Of a stretch of 64,000 nt of DNA, positions 37,624-45,756 are shown one piece after another (the first letter of the stretch is position 1; each line of letters opens with the position of its first letter). The notes under the pieces were generated by a model. The model ran no database searches. It was not told where the DNA came from and saw nothing but the letters and a program-made list of their open reading frames with translations. Both the position numbers and the translations under genes were made by a program. The stretch comes from an uncultured bacterium. Its GTDB lineage: Bacteria > Patescibacteriota > Saccharimonadia > Saccharimonadales > 2-12-FULL-41-12. The DNA is taken from contig CAWIAU010000003.1 in NCBI GenBank assembly GCA_963834265.1, positions 76,475 through 140,474 on the forward strand. The letters run 5' to 3'.

Positions 37624-38131
37624 ATTTCAGAAAAGGTAGCGGAAACTGTTCTTTGAGGTAGCGTTTATAAAGTGCTATGTGATCGGCATGATCAAAAGCA
37701 ATTTGTTCCTTGGGAGGCAACGCATCTAAAAGATACCATTTTTGTTCGTCAGACTCATCATCCGGCTCATCGGTTTTTTCTACGGCTTCGCAAAAATAAA
37801 CAAATGATATGTTCTGCCGGTCTTCACCGGATCGGTTCGGCTTATCAACAATACTGAGTAGTGTCAGGTTCTGCACCTGCCAACCCGTTTCTTCCAGAAT
37901 CTCACGCTGTGCCGCCTGTACCAAAGTCTCATCCCTTTCGGCATATCCTCCGGCAAGCCCCCATTTACCACCCTCGAGTAATCGAAGCGCGCGTTTAACC
38001 ATCAGTATTTTCCCGTTTTTCAGTACCAATGAATCCACGACCACATGTCTGAGCAATGCATTGCTGTTATTCTCAAACGTACAACTTATCATAGTTTCAT
38101 GATAACAGCTTGCAGGCGTATATATTGACAA
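37616..38131 (-). CDS. NUDIX hydrolase
   Basis: 171 aa. Nudix box GGYAERDETLVQAAQREILEETG. Confidence 0.85.
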   Translation of the reverse strand: MSIYTPASCYHETMISCTFENNSNALLRHVVVDSLVLKNGKILMVKRALRLLEGGKWGLAGGYAERDETLVQAAQREILEETGWQVQNLTLLSIVDKPNRSGEDRQNISFVYFCEAVEKTDEPDDESDEQKWYLLDALPPKEQIAFDHADHIALYKRYLKEQFPLPFLKSI

Positions 38132-38184
38132 ATACTAATGAGGGGTATAATTAAGGCAGATATTTAAAAATCAGGAGGATTCTT

Positions 38185-38511
38185 ATGGGAGGTAATATTC
38201 TAAGCGCTTTGGTCGGGGTATTCATAGGTATTGCAGAAGTAATATTAGGCTTAAGAATATTGTTTCGCCTGGTAAACGCCAATCCCGCGGCGGCATTTGT
38301 TGACTGGATATACCGTACCAGCAATACGCTCATGGAGCCATTTCGCGGAATATTTCCGCCGGCAACAGCTATAGACAACGGAATTGTTCTTGATATTCCG
38401 GCAATTTTCGCTATCATCATGTATTTAGTATTCGGCGCATTGCTGATGTGGGTACTTTCATTAATTCCATCAGGCGGCGGTGTGACACGGGTCACCCGCG
38501 TTAAAAAATAG
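38185..38511 (+). CDS. YggT family membrane protein
   Basis: 108 aa. LRILFRLVNANPAAAFVDWIYRTSNTLMEPFRGIFP matches the YggT pattern. Confidence 0.7.
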   Translation: MGGNILSALVGVFIGIAEVILGLRILFRLVNANPAAAFVDWIYRTSNTLMEPFRGIFPPATAIDNGIVLDIPAIFAIIMYLVFGALLMWVLSLIPSGGGVTRVTRVKK

Positions 38512-38578
38512 ACCTCTTTCCCAACTCTATACGTATGGGAAAGAGTTCTAATAACAGATTCGTAAAGTTTGTTTGATC

Positions 38579-38944
38579 TTAGGGAATCAGGGAGCCGGTT
38601 TTGATCAGGAGTTCGAGCATTTTTCTTCCATGAGGAGCTTTGTCGATAATTTTTGACAAATCAGCTCCGCAATATGCTAATCCTTCCGATGGGGTGTGAT
38701 TACCATTTTGCCAAAGCGAGAAATCCTTTATCAGATACACTGTTCCGTCAACAGCCACATAGCAGTCACGACCATCTTTGCCGTCTGCTCTGGCCAGTTC
38801 GTCACGGGTTATGGAGCGTTGCTGAGTTTTTGCCGCCGGCTGCTTGTCATCTTGTCTGTTTTTTGAAATGGCGTATGCGCCTGCCAGCATTATTAACGCG
38901 ATAGTAATGCTGGCGGATAGAGTAATTATTCTGGTTTTATCCAT
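38579..38944 (-). CDS. membrane-anchored cytochrome b5-like heme/steroid-binding domain protein
   Basis: 121 aa from ATG 38944 (MDKTRIITL). The domain DGKDGRDCYVAVDGTVYLIKDFSLWQNGNH is typical of bacterial cyt-b5-like proteins. The ORF-track start at 39043 overlaps the upstream gene. Confidence 0.65.
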   Translation of the reverse strand: MDKTRIITLSASITIALIMLAGAYAISKNRQDDKQPAAKTQQRSITRDELARADGKDGRDCYVAVDGTVYLIKDFSLWQNGNHTPSEGLAYCGADLSKIIDKAPHGRKMLELLIKTGSLIP

Positions 38945-38960
38945 CAGATATTTTTCATGA

Positions 38961-40016
38961 TCAAAAAGCTTTATAATATCTGTTTGCCTGATCTGAGCAA
39001 CTACCAGCCAATGTAGTATCAGGGATAGCCCTGCACATTTCAAGTCCCTGCTTATCGCTGTGATGATAAGATATAAAATCTTTTACAGCACCTGTGAAGC
39101 AATACTCACGGGCTTCATCAGTCGGGCCAAGCATACAGAGCTCAATGGTTCGTTGTTTATCGCTTGATGACTGTCCGGAAACATCTCTGCCAAGACTTTG
39201 GTAGCAGGTTTTATCAAACGGGTTTGCCAATCCGGCACACAGACCGAATACTTTGCTGTAGTCATATCTTTCGACAAGCAGTGCATGAGATGTCTGCATC
39301 ATGTAACAGGATTCTTTATATATATCGGCTACTCCTGTGCATGGATAAAGCGGATCATCAGCCTTGAAGTAATCGGAACTCTCGACCTGGTTTACTTCAT
39401 TCATGACATTTTCCATAAATACTCCGCTGTAACACGACTCCTGCTCCCATGAATTAGTAAACTTACCGCAGCTATCGAGGGCGGTGAAGAGGTTATCATC
39501 CTGTACGGCCATGAGGCCATGACCCATACCATGGACACAGTTGTAATGATCGAAACTGTAGGGCTTGTCTTTCAAAAAGCTGACACAGACGTTATTGATC
39601 TCGGACAGGATCTTGTCTTTCCCCAGATCACTGGCAACTGTCTCTATTGCCCCATGGTAATATCCCGACCAGCAGAAGTTATCGCCATGTGCGTACGTAT
39701 CGGCAAGAGTAGAGAATTGTTTGGCGGCTGTTCGCCCAATAACATGTGCTACCTGGTGGCAATTGGTCTTAATATAGGGGTTAGTGTCATAGGCTTTGCG
39801 GAATTCAACAAAAGCTGCTTCCGGCGACTTATCAGTAACCAAGGCAGTATAATATTCCTGCCAGCAGGGGAAGCTTGTTTCGTCAGCTCCGGTACATACT
39901 ACAACCCGCTGTGATTTCTTAGCAGGTTGCTGCAAGAGTTGCCACGACGCAATCCCGGCTCCGACCAGCACCAGTACGGGTATCAATAACCAAAGCTTCG
40001 TTCGCAGTCTCTTCAT
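38961..40016 (-). CDS. secreted Cys-rich repeat protein, unknown function
   Basis: 351 aa with a signal anchor. There are at least six spaced motifs that start with Cys followed by an aromatic or His residue: CHQVAHVIGR, NCVHGMGHGLM, CYSGVFMEN, CYMMQTSHAL, CYQSLGRDV, CFTGAVKDF. Confidence 0.5.
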   Translation of the reverse strand: MKRLRTKLWLLIPVLVLVGAGIASWQLLQQPAKKSQRVVVCTGADETSFPCWQEYYTALVTDKSPEAAFVEFRKAYDTNPYIKTNCHQVAHVIGRTAAKQFSTLADTYAHGDNFCWSGYYHGAIETVASDLGKDKILSEINNVCVSFLKDKPYSFDHYNCVHGMGHGLMAVQDDNLFTALDSCGKFTNSWEQESCYSGVFMENVMNEVNQVESSDYFKADDPLYPCTGVADIYKESCYMMQTSHALLVERYDYSKVFGLCAGLANPFDKTCYQSLGRDVSGQSSSDKQRTIELCMLGPTDEAREYCFTGAVKDFISYHHSDKQGLEMCRAIPDTTLAGSCSDQANRYYKAF

Positions 40017-40084
40017 TACTCAGTAGTATAACAACTGCGAGGTTAAATTACCCTACAGATAAGCGTAAAACAGAGCCGCTTTAT

Positions 40085-40600
40085 TCAGGTTTTAATATCG
40101 GTGTCCGTAAGTTTGGATTTTAGCTGTTCAATTTGCTCTGCAGGTATTTTATTGCCTGAAATGTCGAGAGTTCTGAGCCAGGTCATGGTGCCCAATTCAT
40201 CCGGGACACTGGTCATCCGATTATTATTGGCACGGATTTCACGAAGATTTTTGAGCTGACTGATCTCTGTGGGGAACGATTCCAGGCGATTATTCTCAAT
40301 GTTCAATATTTCCAGATTAGTCAGCTTCGAAATATCTGCCGGCAGAGAGGTCAGCTGGTTATTGGACACATTCAGATTCTTAAGGCTGCTGCTCTGCAAT
40401 ACTGAATCCGACAGAGTCGTCAGCTGTTTGCCGCTCAGATCAAGCGAATCGCCACTGGTCTCCTTCGTGCTTTGACCGGCATTATCAGAAGGCGGGTTAG
40501 ATTGTGTAGGGGTAGAATTATTATCCGAAGACTGAGCGATCAGATAGCTGACTCCAAAAACGAGTAAAACAGCAACTGCAATAAGGCCTTTTTTATACAT
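40085..40600 (-). CDS. secreted/membrane-anchored leucine-rich repeat (LRR) protein
   Basis: 171 aa from ATG 40600 (MYKKGLIAVAVLLVF). About five 23-aa LRRs (LxxLxLxxNxLTSLP). Confidence 0.75.
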   Translation of the reverse strand: MYKKGLIAVAVLLVFGVSYLIAQSSDNNSTPTQSNPPSDNAGQSTKETSGDSLDLSGKQLTTLSDSVLQSSSLKNLNVSNNQLTSLPADISKLTNLEILNIENNRLESFPTEISQLKNLREIRANNNRMTSVPDELGTMTWLRTLDISGNKIPAEQIEQLKSKLTDTDIKT

Positions 40601-40700
40601 GGAGTTCCGTTCATTTAAGTTAACAGCAATTGCCAATTGTAGACTGGTGCCCATTATAAAAATAGCGGATTTCTTACAATCACCCACTCCTTAATGAGCA

Positions 40701-40728
40701 ATAAAAAAGCACCAGCGTTTGCTGATGC
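40701..40728 (-). terminator. rho-independent terminator of ssrA
   Basis: On the minus strand: GCATCAGC, AAAC loop, GCTGGTGC, followed by TTTTTTAT. It lies immediately after the tmRNA 3' end. Confidence 0.7.
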
Positions 40729-40733
40729 GTTTT

Positions 40734-41165
40734 TGGAGGAGCTGCCGGTGATTGCAACCGGGTCCGATGGTTTAGCTAGCTAGTCTGTCCTACAGGCATA
40801 GGTCATTTGAATTACGGCTCCGGACTGAGAATGACCAAAACGTCCGGGGCCGTTCGATCCAATGTCTTAGCATGTCCTGCGGATCAAAAGAACATGAGCG
40901 ACCAGAAATATAGCGTCTGCTCGTACTATCTGGTGTCGTGCGAAAGACGGCTTAGATAATTAAATCTAAACTGTTGCACGAAGTGCAGTTTGAGGAACAA
41001 ATGCTGCAGCCAAGGCTGAAACACCGTTATCAAAAGCGGTCTTCATGCGATCTGTAAGTTTTGCACTTATAGAAAGTTTGTCTATTTGAGACCGAGGTCT
41101 CTCGCTGACAAGCGGCCTGCTGATCTAACTGATAAAGTCCAACGTCGAGCTTAAAATTCAGCCCC
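40734..41165 (-). ncRNA. ssrA: transfer-messenger RNA (tmRNA)
   Basis: The minus strand begins GGGGCTGAATTTTAAGCTCGACG, the canonical tmRNA 5' end. Acceptor GGGGCTG/CAGCTCC includes the G3-U pair. T-arm CCGGT-TGCAATC-ACCGG. The 3' end is ..TCCA, followed by a terminator. Confidence 0.85.
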
Positions 41166-41264
41166 GTAATGTATCACCTATGGCGATCACTCTATTATAC
41201 CACTTATGTCAATAGTCTGGCAATAGTTGTTCAGAAACCAGCGCCTCTGTTACAATGGTTGTGA

Positions 41265-42323
41265 ATGTCAAAGGGCAAACCACCGTCACTGCTACGTATT
41301 TATGCACTATCTACTGTTATTTCTGTGGGTTTGATTGCTTTTGTAGGAATACAAGCTGGTCTGGCAGCACTTTTTCTGGTAATAGTTCTGGCTGCATTGG
41401 AAATCACCTTTAGTGTAGATAATGCCGTAGTAAACACCCGTATTCTTGAGAAAATGAGTCCCGCCTGGCAGCAGGCATTTCTGACTGTAGGGATACTAAT
41501 TGCAGTGTTCGGTGTGCGTGTTGTACTACCCCTGGCAATCGTGGCCGGGGCAGCCGGGCTAAGCATGTCTGAAGTACTGCATCTGGCGCTTAATAATTCG
41601 GCAGAATATGGTCATCAGCTCGAAACGGCTCATCCTGTAATCGCATCTTTCGGAGGCGTATTTCTGATGATGATCTTTCTGGACTTTTTCTTCAAGGAGC
41701 GCAAAATAAAGTGGCTGAAAACTGTCGAAAAGATATTAGCCCAAACCGGTAAATTGCAAAATATGAGCATCATTCTGGCCTGTGGCGCACTGCTGTTTGT
41801 AAGCAGCTTTCTGCACCACGAGGAACGTCTGGATGTGCTGACAGCAGGATTTCTGGGGCTCCTGACTTATCTTATAATTAACTCCTTTGATACGATTCTG
41901 CATAATGCCGGCATAGAGAGCAAAATGTCCAAAGGTGTGAACAATACATTCAAGGCCGGGCTCATAGGCTTCATCTATCTGAATGTAGTAGACGCCAGCT
42001 TCTCGCTGGACGGAGTAATTGGTGCTTTTGCCATAACTGACCAGATATTATTGATTGCTACGGGCTTAGGTATCGGAGCACTATACGTGCGCGTTATGAC
42101 GGTCCATATGCTCCGGCATGGTGTGCTGGATCAGTATCGCTATCTGGAGCATGGTGCTCACTATGCAATTGGTATACTGGCAATTCTGTTACTGGCTTCC
42201 CTTAAATTTGAAATATCCGAAGTGGTCACCGGCCTGACAGGTATGCTCTTTGTAGTTACGGCACTCGTACAATCTTACATCGAAGCCAAAGCCGACAAAA
42301 AGAGAAAATCTGTAAAAACGTAA
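41265..42323 (+). CDS. DUF475 domain-containing integral membrane protein (TerC-related)
   Basis: 352 aa, polytopic. The ALEITFSVDNAVVN motif is typical of DUF475. Confidence 0.7.
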   Translation: MSKGKPPSLLRIYALSTVISVGLIAFVGIQAGLAALFLVIVLAALEITFSVDNAVVNTRILEKMSPAWQQAFLTVGILIAVFGVRVVLPLAIVAGAAGLSMSEVLHLALNNSAEYGHQLETAHPVIASFGGVFLMMIFLDFFFKERKIKWLKTVEKILAQTGKLQNMSIILACGALLFVSSFLHHEERLDVLTAGFLGLLTYLIINSFDTILHNAGIESKMSKGVNNTFKAGLIGFIYLNVVDASFSLDGVIGAFAITDQILLIATGLGIGALYVRVMTVHMLRHGVLDQYRYLEHGAHYAIGILAILLLASLKFEISEVVTGLTGMLFVVTALVQSYIEAKADKKRKSVKT

Positions 42324-42331
42324 AACTATTT

Positions 42332-42490
42332 ATGACTGAAGGTATTGAATTGCCATGTTCAGGCAAGATGACATTTGATACGAACGCGCAGGCCAAAGCG
42401 GCAGCTGTAACTGCAGAGTATCAGAGGGGAATTAAACTGGTATCGTATCGTTGCCGGCACTGCAAACTATGGCATTTATCAAGCTCCTGA
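42332..42490 (+). CDS. small zinc-ribbon-like protein (52 aa)
   Basis: Hand-translated as MTEGIELPCSGKMTFDTNAQAKAAAVTAEYQRGIKLVSYRCRHCKLWHLSSS, with a CxG...CxxC arrangement. Below the ORF-track cut-off. Its TGA stop abuts the MITE-like element. Confidence 0.4.
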   Translation: MTEGIELPCSGKMTFDTNAQAKAAAVTAEYQRGIKLVSYRCRHCKLWHLSSS

Positions 42491-42635
42491 GACCTGACTC
42501 TCAAAACCTGAATTATAGCCGGGGTCCTGTCAAACGGTCCGCCCCGCTTTTGTGCTCGTCTGCTGACTGCGCGCAAAAGCGGGTGCTGCCCCGCCGTTTG
42601 CCACCCCATATTGATTGGTTTTTGAGAGTCAGGTC
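42491..42635. mobile_element. MITE-like palindromic element, well-preserved copy (145 bp)
   Basis: Perfect 16-bp terminal inverted repeats (GACCTGACTCTCAAAA and TTTTGAGAGTCAGGTC). Interior arms pair as CCCGCTTTTG/CAAAAGCGGG and CAAACGG/CCGTTTG. CTGA flanks both ends. Confidence 0.65.
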
Positions 42636-42678
42636 CTGATCTGTTAATAGAGCAATACTTCTGTTAAGCTATACAGAT

Positions 42679-44142
42679 ATGGGTTCAAAAACACAGAAAA
42701 ACTATTACGTTACGACATCAATTCCGTATATTAATGGCGATCCGCACATAGGACATACGTATGAACTACTGGTAGGCGATGTTATAGCCCGCTATGCCCG
42801 TGGCAAAGGTATGAATGTTCTGTTGAGTACAGGTACCGATGAGCACGGCGGCAAAATACAGGAAAAAGCTGACGAACTGGGTAAATCCGTGCAGGAATAT
42901 GTTGACGAAATGAGTGCCCGCTGGCGCGAGCTGGGCCCGCTGGTCAACATGAGCAATGATCGCTTTATACGTACTACTGAGCCGGGGCACGAGCAACGTG
43001 CCGCACTGATCTGGGAATCGCTGGCCGCTGATATCTATAAGGCTAACTATGCAGGTTGGTACTGCACCGGTGACGAAGCGTTCTTTACCGAAGCAGTGGT
43101 CAAAGAAAATAAGGGTGTCTGCCCGAACCATAACCGTCCGTACGAGAAAATAGAGGAAGAGAACTACTTCTTCAGACTCAGCAAATATGCTGAAGCTATA
43201 CAGCAGAAGATTACATCCGGTGAGTTTTTGATCCTTCCGGCTACAAAGCGAAACGAGATACTCAATGTGTTCAAAGACGGTATGCAGGATATCAGTATCA
43301 GCCGGCCTAAAGACAAGATTTCATGGGGTATTCCTGTGCCGGGTGACAAAACTCAGGTGATGTACGTTTGGTTTGAAGCGTTGATGAACTATATCACCGT
43401 ACTGGGATATCCCGAGCACGAAGATTTCAAAAATTTCTGGCCGGCAGATGTCCAGATAATCGGCAAAGACATTATTCGCTTTCATGCGGCAGTCTGGCCC
43501 GGGATGTTGCTTGGTCTGGGGATTGCTTTGCCAAAGAAGCTCTATGTGCATGGTTTTATACAGTTTGGCGGTCAGAAAATCAGCAAATCACTGGGCAATG
43601 TCGTGCATCCGCGCGAAGTTGTCGATAAATACGGCGTCGACGCACTGCGATATTATTTGCTACGCCACACACCGAGCTATAGCGATGGCGACTTCACCTG
43701 GGAAAAATTCGAGGCGGCTTACAACAACGAGCTTGCCAATGAGCTGGGCAATGCAGTCAGCCGCACCATGGCTATGATCATCAAATACCAGCAGGGACTA
43801 ATAGGTGACATCCCGGAGGCGGAACACGATGCCAATGCTTATCACAAGGCAATTGATGAGTGCCGCTTTGATCAGGCGCTGGACAGGGTTTGGGAACAGG
43901 TACGCGGCCTGAATCAGTATATTGACGAAGAAAAACCGTGGGTTATAGCGAAGCAAAGTGACGGTGATCATCTGAAAGAAGTACTGGCCTATATGACCAG
44001 CTGTTTGCTGGAGATTGCCGAGTTGTTGTTGCCATTTTTGCCCGAAACCTCAGCCCGCATAACCAATATTTTTGAAAGCGGTGTTATACGTCCGATCGAG
44101 GGTACCTTGTTCCCCAGGCACAATCAGCCGGCGAGTGAGTAA
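42679..44142 (+). CDS. metG: methionine--tRNA ligase
   Basis: 487 aa. HIGH-type PHIGHTYE and KMSKS-type KISKSLGN, with class I MetRS patterns throughout. Confidence 0.9.
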   Translation: MGSKTQKNYYVTTSIPYINGDPHIGHTYELLVGDVIARYARGKGMNVLLSTGTDEHGGKIQEKADELGKSVQEYVDEMSARWRELGPLVNMSNDRFIRTTEPGHEQRAALIWESLAADIYKANYAGWYCTGDEAFFTEAVVKENKGVCPNHNRPYEKIEEENYFFRLSKYAEAIQQKITSGEFLILPATKRNEILNVFKDGMQDISISRPKDKISWGIPVPGDKTQVMYVWFEALMNYITVLGYPEHEDFKNFWPADVQIIGKDIIRFHAAVWPGMLLGLGIALPKKLYVHGFIQFGGQKISKSLGNVVHPREVVDKYGVDALRYYLLRHTPSYSDGDFTWEKFEAAYNNELANELGNAVSRTMAMIIKYQQGLIGDIPEAEHDANAYHKAIDECRFDQALDRVWEQVRGLNQYIDEEKPWVIAKQSDGDHLKEVLAYMTSCLLEIAELLLPFLPETSARITNIFESGVIRPIEGTLFPRHNQPASE

Positions 44143-44144
44143 TT

Positions 44145-44921
44145 ATGGTTGAACTGGCGGACACTCATGCCCATATTCATTTCGATGATTACCCCTTAGA
44201 TGCTGATGAAGTTCTGGTCCATGCGCGATTAGCCGGAGTGACACGGATTATCTGTGTGGGTACAACGCTTTCTGACAGTCATAAAGCCCTGGAGTTTGCG
44301 GTTAGCCGGTCAGGTGTTTGGGCCGCTGCCGGAATTCACCCCCATGAGGCAACCGGGTTTCTGAACAGTCCGGAGAGCCGCGGCGAGCTGGAAGCATTGG
44401 TTATATCAAAGCCGGATAAACTGGTAGCAATCGGGGAAATCGGGCTGGATTATTATTATGAACACTCACCGGGAACTCAGCAGCAGGAACTATTCAGATT
44501 TCAACTGGAACTGGCTAAAAAAACCGAACTACCCGTAATTTTTCATGTGCGTGATGCATTCAAAGACTTCCGGCCTATTGTAGACCAGTTTCCGGGACTC
44601 CGGGGCGTAGTGCATAGCTTTTCGGCCGGCACAGCGGAGTTGGAGCAAATCCTGTCCGGAGGCTTCTACGTCGGCCTGAATGGCATAATGACATTTACCA
44701 AAAATCAGAAGCAGCTGGAGGCTGCCAAAGCCGTGCCACTGGACCGCTTACTTCTTGAAACGGATGCCCCATACTTGACACCAGCACCATACCGTGGTAA
44801 AGTGTGTAAGTCTGAGCATGTCAGGGTAACCGCCGGATTTCTGGCGGAGCTAAGAGGTGAGTCTCCGGATGAGATTGCTGAAGCTACAACCCAAAACGCT
44901 CGTAGATTATTCAATATATAA
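44145..44921 (+). CDS. TatD family metal-dependent hydrolase
   Basis: 258 aa. DTHAHIHF N-terminus, EIGLDYYY, and ETDAPYLTP. The position after metG matches the metS-yabD arrangement. Confidence 0.85.
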   Translation: MVELADTHAHIHFDDYPLDADEVLVHARLAGVTRIICVGTTLSDSHKALEFAVSRSGVWAAAGIHPHEATGFLNSPESRGELEALVISKPDKLVAIGEIGLDYYYEHSPGTQQQELFRFQLELAKKTELPVIFHVRDAFKDFRPIVDQFPGLRGVVHSFSAGTAELEQILSGGFYVGLNGIMTFTKNQKQLEAAKAVPLDRLLLETDAPYLTPAPYRGKVCKSEHVRVTAGFLAELRGESPDEIAEATTQNARRLFNI

Positions 44922-44939
44922 AATTTTTAGGGACAGAGT

Positions 44940-45356
44940 ATGGGTATCTTTGGCGAAAAATATAGATTTGATCCTCGTCTGGAAGCAGACGAAGTTATAA
45001 CTCCTGCTACGCATAGAATACGTCATGGCGTCCTCGGAGTCCTGCAACATGCCACTCCTACGCAAGCTCAGGATAGTCAGGGAAGTACCATCGTCCCACA
45101 TACCCCGCTGCCCGATGTCCGGTCGCAAAATCTTTCCGCAACCAGTGCTGTTGCCGGAGGCGATAGTCATACCTACGCACTCCCGGCCAATGCAATACCG
45201 GATCATGAAGTATTAAGCGACAGCATTTCTCTCTTAGCTGCTGTAGGAGCAAATGATATATCGGAAGTTTATGATAGCCGTGTCGCCGCAGCACGGGAAA
45301 AACTGGAAGAAGAATGGGCCCGCGCAGGAAATAATGGAGCTGGTTCTGATGCTTAA
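44940..45356 (+). CDS. hypothetical protein (probably disordered)
   Basis: 138 aa of low complexity. Same strand as its neighbours. Confidence 0.4.
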   Translation: MGIFGEKYRFDPRLEADEVITPATHRIRHGVLGVLQHATPTQAQDSQGSTIVPHTPLPDVRSQNLSATSAVAGGDSHTYALPANAIPDHEVLSDSISLLAAVGANDISEVYDSRVAAAREKLEEEWARAGNNGAGSDA

Positions 45357-45732
45357 CAAAATTTTACAAGTTGCTGGTATGCAGACCGCAGAAGAACGCA
45401 AGGCCGGACTTCGCAGCCTCTTGATGCGCCGTGAAGCCCGGATTGGTGGCGAGCTATTTGGCCCAATCCCTGAAGGCGGGCGACGGGAATTCTTCTGTCT
45501 GGACGAATATACCTGGATATGGCATGAAGAATGGACTGATTCTAACGGCAAATATCGAATCCGGACTACCCGATACGAAGTCCGTACCGGCGGTATTGTC
45601 AAAGCTCAGGATGGCCAGCCATACCAATTGCTTAGCAAGGAAGAAGCCACCCATCTGGCCGATGCGGTTATAGCCTATGAAAAGCGTGTTCTGAAAGAAC
45701 TCTACCAGGTAGCTGAAAAGCCGGCTGCTTAA
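45334..45732 (+). CDS. hypothetical protein
   Basis: The frame is open from 45253. Plausible starts are ATG 45334 (after AGGAA) or ATG 45349, which overlaps the upstream stop. The Trp-rich core is FFCLDEYTWIWHEEW. Confidence 0.45.
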   Translation: MELVLMLNKILQVAGMQTAEERKAGLRSLLMRREARIGGELFGPIPEGGRREFFCLDEYTWIWHEEWTDSNGKYRIRTTRYEVRTGGIVKAQDGQPYQLLSKEEATHLADAVIAYEKRVLKELYQVAEKPAA

Positions 45733-45756
45733 GAGTTACGTGCTAAAATTTCTCCA

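Noticed and set aside
42421-42639. Two 62-aa ORFs on opposite strands (42421..42609 minus, 42451..42639 plus)
   Set aside because: Both lie within the palindromic element and mirror each other, which is the expected artefact of an inverted repeat.
42491-42678. T-box or other riboswitch leader upstream of metG (GGGTGCTGCCCCGCC vaguely resembles the T-box GGGTGGTACCGCG)
   Set aside because: The match is poor. The whole unit is a terminal-inverted-repeat palindrome, and a second copy sits upstream of a non-synthetase gene at 36615.
33792-44921. The split Bacillus-like metS-yabD-yabE-ksgA synteny (metG-tatD at 42.7-44.9 kb, yabE-like-rsmA at 33.8-35.8 kb) as a rearrangement signal
   Set aside because: The observation is real, but it is ordinary genome shuffling. 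No breakpoint feature other than the MITE-like copies could be tied to it.
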